This document shows positions 29,575-48,018 of a DNA stretch of 58,347 bases, one piece after another (within the stretch, counting starts at the first letter, position 1; the number at the start of each line of letters is the position of its first letter). The notes below the pieces were generated by a model. That model ran no database searches and was not told the DNA's origin. It saw only the letters and a list, made by a program, of their open reading frames with translations. Both the position numbers and the translations under genes were made by a program. This DNA is from Tubiluchus corallicola (Eukaryota > Animalia > Priapulida): positions 1 through 58,347 of the forward strand of contig JAQGDQ010001161.1 of assembly GCA_030141605.1 (NCBI GenBank), in the 5' to 3' direction.

Positions 29575-32300
29575 GGTTGTTTGTGTCTTCAGTGATGTTG
29601 GTTTGTCTTCTGGTAGTGGTTTGTGTTGTGTTGTCTTCAGTGCTGTTGGTTTGTCTTCTGGTAGTGGTTTGTGTTGTGTTGTCTTCAGTGCTGTTGGTTT
29701 GTCTTCTGGTAGTGGTTTGTGTTGTGTTGTCTTCAGTGCTGTTGGTTTGTCTTCTGGTAGTGGTTTGTGTAGTGTTGTCTACGGTGCTGTTGGTTTGACT
29801 TCTGGTAGTGGTTTGTGTCGTGTTGTCTTTAGTGCTGCATCTTCTAATGGTGGTTTATGTCACGTTGTCTACAGTGCTGTTGGTTTGTCTTCTGGTAGTG
29901 GTTTGTGTTGTGTTGTCTTTAGTGCTGCATCTTCTAGTGGTGGTTTATGTCACGTTGTCTACAGTGATGTTGGTTTGTCTTCTGGTAGTGGTTTGTGTTG
30001 TGTTGTCTTTAGTGCTGCATCTTCTAGTGGTGGTTTATGTCACGTTGTCTATGGTGATGTTGGTTTGTCTTCTGGTAGTGGTTTGTGTAGTGTTGTCTAC
30101 AGTGCTGTTGGTTTGTCTTCTGGTAGTGGTTTGTGTTGTGTTGTCTTTAGTGCTGCATCTTCTAGTGGTGGTTTATGTCACGTTGTCTACAGTGCTGTTG
30201 GTTCGTCTTCTGGTAGTGGTTTGTGTCGTGTTGTCTTTAGTGCTGCATCTTCTAGTGGTGGTTTACGTCACGTTGTCTACAGTGATGTTGGTTTGTCTTC
30301 TGGTAGTGGTTTGTGTCGTGTTGTCTTTAGTGCTGCATCTTCTAGTGGTGGTTTATGTCACGTTGTCTACGGTGCTGTTGGTTTGACTTCTGGTAGTGGT
30401 TTGTGTCGTGTTGTCTTTAGTGCTGCATCTTCTAATGGTGGTTTATGTCACGTTGTCTACAGTGCTGTTGGTTTGTCTTCTGGTAGTGGTTTGTGTTGTG
30501 TTGTCTTTAGTGCTGCATCTTCTAGTGGTGGTTTATGTCACGTTGTCTACAGTGATGTTGGTTTGTGATGTTGGTGCATCTTCTGGTGGTGGTTTATGTC
30601 ACGTTGTCTACAGTGATGTTGGTTTGTCTTCTGGTAGTGGTTTGTGTTGTGTTGTCTTTAGTGCTGCATCTTCTAGTGGTGGTTTATGTCACGTTGTCTA
30701 TGGTGATGTTGGTTTGTCTTCTGGTAGTGGTTTGTGTAGTGTTGTCTACGGTGATGTTGGTTTGTCTTCTGGTAGTGGTTTGTGTTGTGTTGTCTTTAGT
30801 GCTGCATCATCTAGTGGTGGTTTATGTCACGTTGTCTAAAGTGATGTTGGTTTGTCTTCTGGTAGTGGTTTGTGTCGTGTTGTCTTTAGTGCTGCATCTT
30901 CTAGTGGTGGTTTGTGTCACGTTGTCTACAGTGCTGTTGGTTTGTCTTCTGGTAGTGGTTTGTGTTGTGTTGTCTTTAGTGCTGCATCTTCTAGTGGTGG
31001 TTTATGTCACGTTGTCTACAGTGATGTTGGTTTGTCTTCTGGTAGTGGTTTGTGTTGTGTTGTCTTTAGTGCTGCATCTTCTAGTGGTGGTTTACGTCAC
31101 GTTGTCTAAAGTGCTGTTGGTTTGTCTTCTGGTAGTGGTTTGTGTTGTGTTGTCTTTAGTGCTGCATCTTCTAGTGGTGGTTTGTGTCACGTTGTCTACA
31201 GTGCTGTTGGTTTGTCTTCTGGTAGTGGTTTGTGTTGTGTTGTCTTTAGTGCTGCATCTTCTAGTGGTGGTTTATGTCACGTTGTCTACAGTGATGTTGG
31301 TTTGTCTTCTGGTAGTGGTTTGTGTTGTGTTGTCTTTAGTGCTGCATCATCTAGTGGTGGTTTACGTCACGTTGTCTAAAGTGATGTTGGTTTGTCTTCT
31401 GGTAGTGGTTTGTGTTGTGTTGTCTTTAGTGCTGCATCTTCTAGTGGTGGTTTACGTCACGTTGTCTAAAGTGCTGTTGGTTTGTCTTCTGGTAGTGGTT
31501 TGTGTTGTGTTGTCTTTAGTGCTGCATCTTCTAGTGGTGGTTTACGTCACGTTGTCTAAAGTGATGTTGGTTTGTCTTCTGGTAGTGGTTTGTGTTGTGT
31601 TGTCTTTAGTGCTGCGTCTTCTAGTGGTGGTTTACGTCACGTTGTCTAAAGTGCTGTTGGTTTGTCTTCTGGTAGTGGTTTGTGTTGTGTTGTCTTTAGT
31701 GCTGCATCTTCTAGTGGTGGTTTGTGTCACGTTGTCTACAGTGATGCTGGTTTGTCTTCTGGTAGTGGTTTGTGTCGTGTTGTCTTTAGTGCTGCATCTT
31801 CTAGTGGTGGTTTGTGTCGTGTTGTCTACAGTGATGCTGGTTTGTCTTCTGGTAGTGGTTTGTGTTGTGTTGTCTTTAGTGCTGCATCTTCTAGTGGTGG
31901 TTTGTGTCACGTTGTCTACAGTGATGCTGGTTTGTCTTCTGGTAGTGGTTTGTGTCGTGTTGTCTTTAGTGCTGCATCTTCTAGTGGTGGTTTATGTCAC
32001 GTTGTCTACATTGATGTTGGTTTGTCTTCTGGTAGTGGTTTGTGTTGTGTTGTCTTCAGTGCTGTTGGTTTGTCTTCTAGTGGTGGTTTATGTCACATTG
32101 TCTAAAGTGATGTTGGTTTGTCTTCTGGTAGTGGTTTGTGTTGTGTTGTCTTTAGTGCTGCATCTTCTAGTGGTGGTTTATGTCACGTTGTCTACGGTGA
32201 TGTTGGTTTGTCTTCTGGTAGTGGTTTGTGTCCTGTTGTCTTTAGTGCTGCATCTTCTAGTGGTGGTCTACAGTGATGTTGGTTTGTCTTCTGGTTGTGT
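29575..32300. repeat. GT-rich minisatellite built from 48-bp and 42-bp subunits (90-bp dimer)
   Basis: Recurring gttggtttgtcttctggtagtggtttgtgttgtgttgtc. Accounts for all the Val/Ser/Cys ORFs here. Confidence 0.97.
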
Positions 32301-33183
32301 CAACTTTTCTCATCATCCACTTTTTCCTAAATAAAAGCTTTTTGAAGCTCATTTTAAATTCTCTGCTTGAGAATGCATATATAACTGGATTAACGGCACT
32401 ATTGGCGAACCCGAGCGCAAATAGAATACTCGAAGCTTCGTGGGTCCATGCATAATAATCTGTACAATAACCCCAGGTTTCGTACACATACACAGGTCCC
32501 CAGCAGAGCACAAAAGCGAAGGTGACAATGGCTAGGGTTCTTGTTGCCTTCATCTGAACCACGCTTATCTCGTCTCCTTGGCCTTGGCTGTGAATCTGCA
32601 GGACTTGCTTCCTTGCGATTCTCCAGATCAACGCGTACAAGAGAAAAATCACGAGCATCGGCAAGTAGAAGGCTACAATGACGTCGGGTATCATCACGTT
32701 GAACATGCCATACATCTCTATCAACACACAGGCAGCACTTGCCTCAGCAATGGCGATTAACCAGATGAACCAAAATGCCACAATGATGGCAGTCTTGGTC
32801 ACAACAACTGAGTACTTGAATGGATAGGTGACACCTACGTATCTTTCAACAGCTATTGCACACAAGTGAAATGCACTCGCATTTACCATTGCGTACATGA
32901 AACTGTACCATATCACCATGAACACTGTGTCACCGTGAAGGGCTTGACTGAAGAATCCTGCAATCTCAATCGGTGCAGAAAACCCAACTGCTAAATCTGT
33001 TACGGCCAGCGAGGCAATAAGAGCGTTAGTTTTTGTTTGTAACATCGGATATTTGTAGATTGCAATCAACACTAACAGATTTCCCGGGATTATAAGGATA
33101 GATGACAATCCATAAATAAAGACTGTCACTATAAGTCCACGTTTCTCTAAATTGACCCAGTCACTTGCTGTATGATTTAACAT
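32257..33183 (-). CDS. Intronless rhodopsin-family (class A) GPCR, 308 aa
   Basis: Seven hydrophobic segments; GN (TM1), LAVTD (TM2), ERY (TM3), CWGP (TM6), NSAVNPVIY (TM7); N-terminal NHT sequon. Confidence 0.95.
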   Translation of the reverse strand: MLNHTASDWVNLEKRGLIVTVFIYGLSSILIIPGNLLVLIAIYKYPMLQTKTNALIASLAVTDLAVGFSAPIEIAGFFSQALHGDTVFMVIWYSFMYAMVNASAFHLCAIAVERYVGVTYPFKYSVVVTKTAIIVAFWFIWLIAIAEASAACVLIEMYGMFNVMIPDVIVAFYLPMLVIFLLYALIWRIARKQVLQIHSQGQGDEISVVQMKATRTLAIVTFAFVLCWGPVYVYETWGYCTDYYAWTHEASSILFALGFANSAVNPVIYAFSSREFKMSFKKLLFRKKWMMRKVDTTRRQTNITVDHH

Positions 33184-33258
33184 GTTAATTGTATCATTAA
33201 CTTAATTAGCTAAATCAGAAAAAAAGTTGTCCTAAATGAGAGCCGCGTAGATGAAAAA

Positions 33259-33625
33259 GTCATTAGTGTTGTTGTCATTAGTGTTGTTGTCATTAGTGTA
33301 GTTGTCATTAGTGTTTTCAGAACGTTCGCTGCACTTGGCTTCAAACATGTCTTCAACATGGCTTCAAACATGGACATGGCTTCAAACATGTCTTCAACAT
33401 GGCTTCAAACATGTCTTCAACATGGCTTCAAACATGGACATGGCTTCAAACATGTCTTCAACATGGCTTCAAACATGTCTTCAACATGGCTTCAAACATG
33501 GACATGGCTTCAAACATGTCTTCAACATGGCTTCAAACATGGGCTTGGCTTCAAACATGGCTTCAACATGGCTTCAAACATGGACTTGGCTTCAAACATG
33601 GCTTCAACATGGCTTCAAACATGTC
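33259..33625. repeat. 15-bp repeat (4 copies) followed by a (catggcttcaaa)-type minisatellite upstream of the GPCR
   Basis: Seen directly. Confidence 0.9.
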
Positions 33626-34894
33626 GCGAAAGTGCGAAATAAACTTCTCCACTTTCAAATCTTTAAGCTTCTTTTTGCGAAATGCAGCTAAAAACCTGCA
33701 GTTTAAATCATCACCTTCGCCACTACGACTTCCAAAACGGCACTCCGCAAATTTCGCATTAATAGCCGAGTCAACACTTCTGCGCATGCGCTACCACTCT
33801 GCCGCTATCACGTTGATGAATCGTTTGTCTCAGAGAACATAATTTGCTCAGCTAGCGTGATACTGATGATTAGAGTTTAGCAGTAAAGTGCTGCATATCT
33901 ACCTATTCCGTTCTAATTACCTTCCATATAACATGGGCAATGTGACATTTATACTATCCAACAATTCGAGCAAATGTGTTATTAGCGTTGCTGTTAGGTG
34001 CCTTATAAAACAATTACAACTTGATTAAATTACCTGGAACTGTCTTTCTCCTTTTTGAAATGCGGGTTATGAACCATACAAGAGAGAATCCTGGAGAGAT
34101 CCTTGTAGGGCAGGGCTTGACCACTCCAGATGGCAATGACCACCAACTGATGCACATCTTCATAGTATTTAAGCCTGCCGAAGACATTGACTAAGTAAGA
34201 TATTCAGTGTGTTGTGCTAATGCTAGGAAAGTTTTAATATAATAATTCTTATTTTATATTGACCACTGTGCTCACTCTAAAGCTGTAGTTCGTCACAAAC
34301 TGACACATCTGAACTGAGAAGTACAGCACCTGTTGTTTGTGCAATGCGTTTCCAAAAGGCGCTAGTGCCCATCTAACTAGCGAATGGCGAAATGAATGTA
34401 ACGGTGAATAACTAGAGGCACAAACGTGAACTTATGTTTGTGTGATAATAATTCTTTCACGTAAGTCGTTTCCTTTCAATATTTTAAAGAGTAGATTGTT
34501 TTGACCCACAGTTTAAGACTGGATCCGGTTTTGCTTTAATCAATAAAGAAGCATCCAAGTTTTAACATCTTACTCGTCTGTTGCTCGTACAAAAACAATT
34601 AAATTCGTTTAGAGTTTAAAGTATAAAAAAATAATTAAAAAAGTTTAAATTCGCGGTGAAAAAAGTAAGGATAATCTACCGGTTATGTCTACTACTAACG
34701 TTTAAGTTTTTAAACTGTCTACCAAAATATTAAAATATGTGTATACATGCTACATATTATGTGATGGCAATATTTCACAGTGATCTGCCACCAAGACAGT
34801 TTTATCTGTAGTCTTACTATATACATATATATTTAGTGCGCTCTGCGCCCTGATGACCGTGATGTAAAAGTTTGAAGATTTTTTCCCGAAGTGT

Positions 34895-35609
<715 letters not shown>

Positions 35610-35941
35610 TCATTTTAAACAAGACGACATTTTATTATGGCATAATTAGTCTATACTGAAACACCAACAGACCAGAAGTTGTCTTTTCTTTTATGATAAC
35701 TTGTTTTTAACACGTGGTTATATCTTAATCTAATTTAGATATAAATTCAATATTTTTATTAATTGTATGTATTACAACTAACCAAAATTGTAGGCGATGT
35801 AACGCTGAACTTCTAGACACTGTATATACGTGCTCTAACCATCTCAGATTAAAATAAACTACATCATATATCAAACAATATCCAAAAAGGTCTGTACACA
35901 TAAATCGTTTCTCTGGAGTGTGTCATTATATCTGTATACAT

Positions 35942-36442
35942 CAGGGGTGTGCAAATTGCGGCCCACGAGCCACTTGCGGCCCGCCGAGAGAATTTGTGCG
36001 GCCCGTGAACAGATTTGTCAACCTAATGAAAGTGCGGCCCGGGTGATTAATTGAGTGTATCCAGCTGAAGTCCGTGCCACGATCCCAAAGATAGTGCGGT
36101 TAGTTTTTTCTACTAGATCGGATACCATTAACCCTTACAAGACGGTTGTAGCTTAATGTCACTGTACTACACAGACTGTGTGATACACATTACTAATATG
36201 CATTGTAATGAAATTACCACTATCTGTCCTGAAAGTAGAAATATGTGGTTTGTAATATAAATTTTAATAACTTCTAAAATAGTTTCTTGAGTGCAGTAGT
36301 AACGATGTACGTAGGTCGGATGCAAAAAAAATCGTTATTAGGCCTTTCTGTACTTGGCTCCTTGATCAAACTGCCTGTGGCCGGCAGGAATTGTGGGAAA
36401 GTTTAACATGGCCCGGCTAGTCAGATAATTTGCACACCCCTG
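35942..36442 (+). mobile_element. hAT-family MITE (501 bp)
   Basis: TIR caggggtgtgcaaatt / aatttgcacacccctg; 8-bp TSD gtatacat. Confidence 0.92.
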
Positions 36443-36597
36443 GTATACATGTAGTTTTAATTTGAATACAGAAGCAATGCGGGGTCTACAAATTCGGCAT
36501 CTTTATTCAACAGATCAGCCATAAATTTTCACCCAAAAGTAATCCTGATTTAAGCAAAAACATCAAGCAGGTTACAGGTATAAATGTAGTTTCGAAC

Positions 36598-37235
36598 GTG
36601 ATATCCACATACATTACGAACTTCATTCCTTATATATATCTGGCAGACTTTTCAGATAAACCTGGCATTAAGCTATGCCGTAAATTTTACTATTGCACCA
36701 ATGCTGTAAAAACACGTCTATTCAATACTTATTGCAATAGCTTCTGCTGTATAGCCACCTGGCGCCATTTTCATAATTATAATCTGAACAAACTTAAGGT
36801 TGCTCATAATAAATCAATGCGAAAATTTTTCAATTACCAGTTCGATCACAGTGCCAGGGACATTTCTGTGACACATAAATTAGTGTACTTTGATGTTATT
36901 TACAGGAAAAGCATTTACAGTCTGGATACTAGAATTTCAAACAGTAAAAACTTGTTGTGTAGAACGATATTCGCTAGTGATGCTTTACTTACTTCCAGTA
37001 TAAGAAAGATTTGGAGAATAAAATTGTATGCTTAATTTTTACATATTCATTGATATAATGATTGAAGCAATGCGAAATTTTATTATTATTATTATTTTTT
37101 TTTGTAATGTTGTTTTTGTGTTGTGTTTACATTGTGTGCTTTGTGTCGTTTATTTACTTGTATTTTTGTTGTATATATATATATATATATGAACGAAAGT
37201 TTGAAATAAAGAAGTAAATCAAAATCAAATCAAAT
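36598..37235 (+). mobile_element. 5'-truncated LINE (L2/CR1 group): C-terminus of ORF2 plus 3'UTR
   Basis: RKFYYCTNAVKTRLFNTYC..W..LKVAHNKSMRKFF; ends with aataaa and (aaatc)n. Confidence 0.7.
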
Positions 37236-37688
37236 TTGTTTGAAATGTTTTGTAGAATTATGTTGCTAACTACATATACATCTTGGTGGTTTACTTAAAT
37301 ACACATCTTGCACGTTCAAAAATGAACAAATAAATTACACTCTTTATTAGAGCATCTCGAAGATTTCAGCATATGAAGAGCACCCGTATTGCTGTTTGCC
37401 AGGAGGCAATTTTTAACACATTTAACAATAAGAACTCCATGCAGTGTCAAGCAGAGGTTTAACATTTAGAACGGTATATTATTTTCAGTTATACTTTTGT
37501 GATTAAAGGAACAATTCTTAAATTAGTATAATTCAAAACATTTATATTTGTACTTGCGCTCTATGCGGTATGGCAGTATTATATGTAATTATTTTGTTGT
37601 TGTTATTTCAGCCTGATCATTGCTGCAATATCATAAATAAACCACTTTGATTGATTCAGCAAAAACTTCCATAGTTATTTATTTATCT

Positions 37689-41819
<4,131 letters not shown>

Positions 41820-41869
41820 CTGGTAAGAAGAAAAGTCTATGAACTTAAATGCTTATCATTAAATAATTA

Positions 41870-44120
41870 TCTTCAGGTCCTGTATAAAGAAACCTTTAGG
41901 TCCTGCATAATAGAAACCCAGGTAAATTACCTCGCATTGCAAAGGACCCTATGGGTAAAGCGAATTTGATGGATTTTTACCTCAGTTTTTCGCAAACTCG
42001 GCCTTCGAACAGCTCAGTTTCCGCAGTCACATACATCTCGCTTCACCGAAGGAGTTTCCTACATACCATTTGCACTGAATGTGTGGCAATAATCCATAAA
42101 AATGTGGGTAAAAGTACAGAAAAGTACAGGTATAGATACACCCTCGGTCTGACTCAACTTCGGCTATAAGGGACATCTGATATAAGGGACGATTTTTTCC
42201 GGAGGTGTCCCTTATATCCAAGGTTGAGTGTATGTATCCATAGGACACACTGGGGTGCAAAATTGATGCAAAACTGTCTGTTATTTTGTTGACCTGTATA
42301 TTGTAAACTAAATTAAAGCTTCTATTATAAATACTGTCCTACTGAAAATTGTCTATACACTGTATTAGTGAACAATTTTAAAAAAATACTGTAATAACTT
42401 TTTAGTATAATATGCAATTTTAGATGTAGTGTTATTATATGATGTTATTTGCGATTTTAGATATAAAACAATTTTAAAAGTGAAAGTTAATTTAATATGT
42501 ATTATTTAGTTTAATATATGTGATATAGTGTAGTGTATTTTTATACCATTTAATGTGTGAGCATGTTAGTGTGATGTACATGTAATGTGTAATATAATGT
42601 ATACTCTATAAACACAGATAATAAGATCAAAAAAATTAGATTTAGATAGAATAATGACAACTAAAAAGGGAAGGAAAATAAAAGTTTTAACTTCATCCTT
42701 TCCTTTTCTTGAAAACTTTTATTATAGTTTGATGTATTTTTATACTTATGTGTGCAAATTTTGTGTAACATGAAAAGTTTTTTAACTCGTTCAAAAATAA
42801 ATAATTTTTGACATGAAATGTGACGTCATAAAAGTGTTATATGTCAGTGGTGTGTATAATACATTTTGTTGTTTCTTAAACGCATTGTCGGAATCAACCA
42901 TGGGAACAATGGCGGCTCGCTAAACTTAGTGGGGGGGTGGGGCTGCTTCAGAACATTTTTATTCATTGTTCTAATACTGGGTAAAACAAAACAAACTTAT
43001 GTAAATTTATGTTGTAATTTATATTTTAAACAAACAAGCATGTGAAAGTTTATACATAAACTTGATAAAATCTTAAACAAAAAAATTTTTGCTTACGAAT
43101 AGCCTAAATTGTCGCAGTGCAAGAGTATATCAGTACACGACTTTTAAGCATGTGAAAACTGACAACAAACTGCGTGAGGGACAGTACTTTCTCTACCTGG
43201 GCTCAGACATTTGTGCATGACCGCATGCGCATGACAGCCAATCACCACATTGCTTGAGCTGTGAAGCAAACAGTACTACCCTCACATGCTCTGAATCCGT
43301 ACAAGTATAAAGAGAGAACTAAAGAAAAAGACTTATTATATTGAATATTATCGATAATATTGAGTGAAACCAGGGGGTGCTGCAGTTCCACAGTACCTAT
43401 ACACGAGCCGCCACTAGGAATAAAATTAAAATCATAAGTCCTTCATGACAAAATTGTAAACAAAATAAGTAATTAAGTCTTTGGGTTTCAATTTCGATTT
43501 TCAAACAAAAAAAGGACAGAATTTTTTTATATGCACAATAATAATTTATTTTTACTATGACCAAGTTGTAATTAATTAACATAAAAATATGAATTTCCAC
43601 TTTTAAACTTCGGATTTTACAAGAACCCAGATGCAGTTGTAACGTCTGTGGTTCACTTACTTTAACGGAGAGTTTAAATCATGTTTACAAATGGAAGAGA
43701 TTATAATAAAACACCTCGTATAGAGCCACTGTTTACTACAATGCTGCTGCCATCTACAGTAGCCATTTGCAAACGTTGCGAAACAGCTTGGATTTGACGA
43801 ATTGAGAAAGCAGTGGCATTAGTATATAAAAAACATGTTCCGATGTTGGCAACAGAAATGGTACATCTCAAGCTATATAGATTAAAAGTGTATTACACAC
43901 TTCTTGTTTTAACTACTACTGCAATATCCAAATATGAACGTGTTAAAAACCATGAACTAAAACGTGAAGAACCTGCCAAACCAGATTCATTTATCGAGTA
44001 AAAGCTACAGACTCTTTTGTTAAGCAATGATACATCAATGTCTTTCAAATGCATCACACTGTATATACATTTTCCTTTGACTTTTCATTCTTAATAATCA
44101 TTCACAAGTATCAATTAACA
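41870..44120 (+). repeat. Duplicated block (41870-42590 plus 43790-44120, matching 49500-50540) including a pogo/Tigger-like end
   Basis: Long alignable stretches; terminal gtcccttatatccaaggttgagtg|ta with repeated ataagggac motifs. Confidence 0.75.
42908..43416. mobile_element. Degenerate hAT-like MITE
   Basis: caatggcggctcg ... cgagccgccactag imperfect TIRs; no clear TSD. Confidence 0.45.
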
Positions 44121-44129
44121 AATCTGTGC

Positions 44130-44220
44130 TCGACTGTCAACATGTATCTGTACACGACTGTCAACACGTATCTGTACACGACTGTCAACACGTATCTGTA
44201 CACGACTGTCAACACGTATT
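44130..44220. repeat. 24-bp tandem repeat, 4 copies
   Basis: cgactgtcaacacgtatctgtaca. Confidence 0.9.
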
Positions 44221-44321
44221 TGTACAAGACTGTCAACACATATTTCCAGGCTTTGCTTTTCGACTGTTGCAAACGACATGCGTACCGACTTGATCCGGAC
44301 ACCTAAGATGCACCTTGTAAT

Positions 44322-47161
44322 CAGGGCTGGATTATGACCCTTAGGGTCCCTAGGCTAATGAAATTATCGGCCCTCTCAGATGGAGCTGCCCTCTAGCTTG
44401 CTCGTCTTAGGTATTTTTGCTCGTGGTATATTTTTGCGACATTTACAAAGTTTGAAGTTCTTTAAATAAAACTAGAATAGCTGTCTTTTGTTTTAAAAAA
44501 ATAACTTTATGATAATGATGGATATAGTGCTTGACAATTTATAAATGTCTGGTGTCCTACTTGGGCAGTCCATGTATGATGCATCCTATTTGAGCTAGCA
44601 CATGTGCACCTATTGCTCTACTTCTGTTAGTGCCCTACTCCATGCCCAACAGTTACATAATGAAAGCACCTAAGATGATGATGATGTTCAGACGTAGAGA
44701 TTCCCCTCTGAAAGTGAACTAACAAGTGTGAACGACTTGGCAAGTTCTTCAACTGGTGTGTGCCGGTCATTGTGTTTGTACTAGAATTGTGGAGCATCGC
44801 AAAAGCCAGCCTGGCTCTCACCATACTGCATGCAGAGGTGATTGGATTGGCTTCAACTTTGCATTTAGAATTTCAATTATAGCGTTATAATTATAGTGCA
44901 AGTAATGTTCAAGATCTCAAGGTAGTGGCGGTCTTATACATTATTTTAAAGGACGGCTTAATTCTTAACACGCAACTATCATTGGTGGTACATTATCTCA
45001 CTCTCATAAGTCATTTATTTCACATGACACATTTACAATAGTTTGATGTACAATATATAGTGAAAGGGCCTACAATGAACACAATACAAATAAGTTTTTA
45101 TTGTTTCTGCACAAGAAAAGCCTCACACACTGTTCACTTATATACAAATGTAAATGTGTTGTGGGCAATCAAAAAGCAGGGCTTGTTAGATCGTCCCACA
45201 CAGTGAAAGAAAAAAAAGTAATTAAAATAATCTGAAAATTGGAAGTGATAAAGAAAACATTTAGTGCTTTAGAATGGAATGATGTAATGAATAAAGCGGT
45301 GAGAGTGCAATAGTGAGAGCACTGTATCTGTTTCTGTGTTTTAAATGTGTTTGACTATGACCCTTGATGATTGTAGTGGTCCTGGTGGGTTACGTCTCTG
45401 TGTCCCATTCTCATGCTTTTGATTTCCCGTATTGTAGTTTCCGTTTTTGCAAATTGTGCAAAATGTACGGTACGGTAGTGGTGCTGACATGCCACTGATT
45501 TTAAGTTTCATCTAAATTAAAGTATTTTGTCTTTTCTCGCCTGCTTATATGGCTTAGCACCCGACTCTCTTCAATGATTCAAGCGCTTAATAATGGTAGT
45601 TGTGGTAGCATCAGCAAGGATTCTTGTTGTAGTTGTATGGTTAGTTATAGATGTAGAATTAGAAGATTGAACAACACATGGGTCATCATAATGCTGATAT
45701 AATAAGAATTGGAACACGTAATGTTCAAGGCGTCAGAACAAAATTGAAAGAAACAAATCTTTTAAGAGATCTAGACAAATATGGATTGGCATTATAAGAA
45801 ACTCTTGTGAAATCAACAGAGAATTATTCTTTAGATAACAAGTATAAGTTTTTTTTTTGCATGGAGACGACACAAGCTCTCATGCTGGAGTGGGTTTTGT
45901 TCATTCGGTGGATTTTAATTGCATGTTTACTGTTATAAATTCAAGAATTATTGTTCTCAAAACTCACATAAAAAACAAGCAAATTACAATCGTAAATAGC
46001 TACGCACCCACGCTAGTGAAAAGGATCCCAAGTTAAGAGAAGCTTTTTATGATGATTTGTATAACTTTATTAGTACAGTACCTAAAAGTCATTTGCTAAT
46101 CGTTTGTGGAGATTTCAATGTCAAGATTGGATCACTGCATAATTCATTACCAGAGCATATAGGTAAATATGGAAAAGGAATTCCAAACTCAAATGGATTA
46201 TGAATAGCTGAAACTGTTGTAGCCAAAAATCTGGTCGTCACTAACAGCTGAAAATGTATTTCTGTTTAACTCTGAGCTCTGAACATTAAAGCTGAAATCG
46301 ATGCGTTTCAAAGGCGAAATTACAGAAACATGTTGGGTATTAGATAGCCAAAGAAAATTTCAAATAAGAATCTATATGCAAAAATAAAAGAAGAACCTTG
46401 GACAAGAAAAATAAAAAGACACCGTTTAAGATGGATTGGGCATATGCTTAGACTACCTGATGATGTTCCAGTGAAGATAGCTCTTCAACAAGCCATAGAA
46501 CCCGCTAAAGAACCTGCAGGAGGACAAATGTTAACATATTTAGATTTTGCACAGAAAGATTTAAACCCTTCAGCATTGATCCTTAGAAATAAATGTACTT
46601 GGGGCATTGCAGCGAGTAGGGAGTCCTGGCAGAGGGAGGTGAGCAGAATCATGTCACTGGACGTGTGATTCATTGGATGATGATGATGATGTAAAATGTG
46701 AGAGTTGTATTTTATTCTTATATCGCCTACTGCTGGGATGTTTCATTATGTAAACTTTGATTAATCGTTTACCTGTTGTGTTCTTTTTTAGTTCTCAAGT
46801 GTTAGGTAAAAGTTTTGTACATTTCTCTGCATTTTTTCTGGTACAACCTTGTTTATTTTGATAAGTTCACTTCTAGTGTTTTGTTAAACTATAGTTTCAG
46901 TTTGTGCCTTTCTATTATTAATGTATTTTCATTCTTCTTTTTGGCTTGATTTATAGTTTAATAATGGTTTCACTAGTCGCTAAATAAACAAGTTGAAACA
47001 TACTCATCTTTAGCATGTTCAGTTTAGATAATTTTGCTATCCCGTTTACTAAATTGCATAATCTCTGTTTGACTGGTCATCAGACTTAGGATTTTGGGGC
47101 CCTATTATAAATTAGGGCTTAAGTCTATAGCCTAATTAGCCCAATGGTTAATTTGTCGCTG
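44322..47161. mobile_element. Possible decayed hAT element interrupted by an RTE LINE
   Basis: cagggctggatta... and ...ttaatttgtcgctg ends with gggccc-type subterminal motifs; no TSD match. Confidence 0.3.
45670..46691 (+). mobile_element. RTE-clade LINE remnant, internally deleted
   Basis: APE motifs (AGVGF, IVNSYAPT, CGDFNVKIG, IGKYG..NSNG) joined to the ORF end (RLRWIGHMLRLP); (GAT)n tail; multiple stops and frameshifts. Confidence 0.85.
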
Positions 47162-48018
47162 CCTCCATGATGCTTATTAGCGCAATTTGCTTGAGGATCA
47201 GTAGAGACAAAGTTTCTAGATTTAGTTCTTAAAGTTGAAACCTGTTGCATAGTTACACAGTAAAATCTGCATCACTCAAATTTAAACGGACATAAAAAAC
47301 CTTTTGAGTTTGGCGATGTCGACCATTTTTCAGCATAGAAACTCTAAACCTCTCCTCCAGATGGCGAGCTAAATAGAAGACAGAAAGTCGACCCTTCTGA
47401 ACATAAAGGACGAGATTTCATGACAATTACATAAAAAATAACAAATTATGTAGTGAAACATGATTTTTTATGTTGCAAGAGGACACATACACAACACGCA
47501 AAGATCTATCCCGGAGAAAATAATTGGCAGGGGGCGGGGGCACGACTTCTAAGGCATCAGAATTTTCCAGGAAGACGATTCTGTTTTTGAGATGTACAAA
47601 ACTTTTTCATTTTTCTAGAGTATAAATTGCGTTTTTTAGTTAGGAGAAGTAAGTTTACCTGTTTTTTAAATAAATGACCATAATTTTTTATTTGATTTAG
47701 TTGATGTTTTTTGCAGGAAAAACGAAGGATTTCATCCTTTCTGCTGAAATTCTTTGAGTTGGGTGAAAATTTGAGTTATTTGATCATGCGTTATGCGGAG
47801 TTTACTGTAATAATAACTTGCTCAATATGGATGCTGCAGTATTTACTGTAAATTTTATTTTTGGTTTCTTTTCAATATAGTTGTCGCCTCCTGCACGTAA
47901 ACTGAAGTCTCGCAACTGTGATCTACAATCTTAGGAAACCGAGTGTCGGCAGTTGTGGATAAACGTACTTAAAGCTTGCAGCTGTGGTCAGTACAAGAAA
48001 TATCTTTGCTATTGAAGC

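Noticed and set aside
29543-32334. Long Val/Leu/Cys or Ser/Gly ORFs (up to 589 aa), or a mucin
   Set aside because: They are translations of the minisatellite; the minus-strand Thr-rich frames contain frequent stops.
43200-43312. Promoter of the ZF gene (gcatgcgcatg, CCAAT, tataaa)
   Set aside because: The motifs lie inside a MITE-like element, and no exon chain links them to the ZF ORF.
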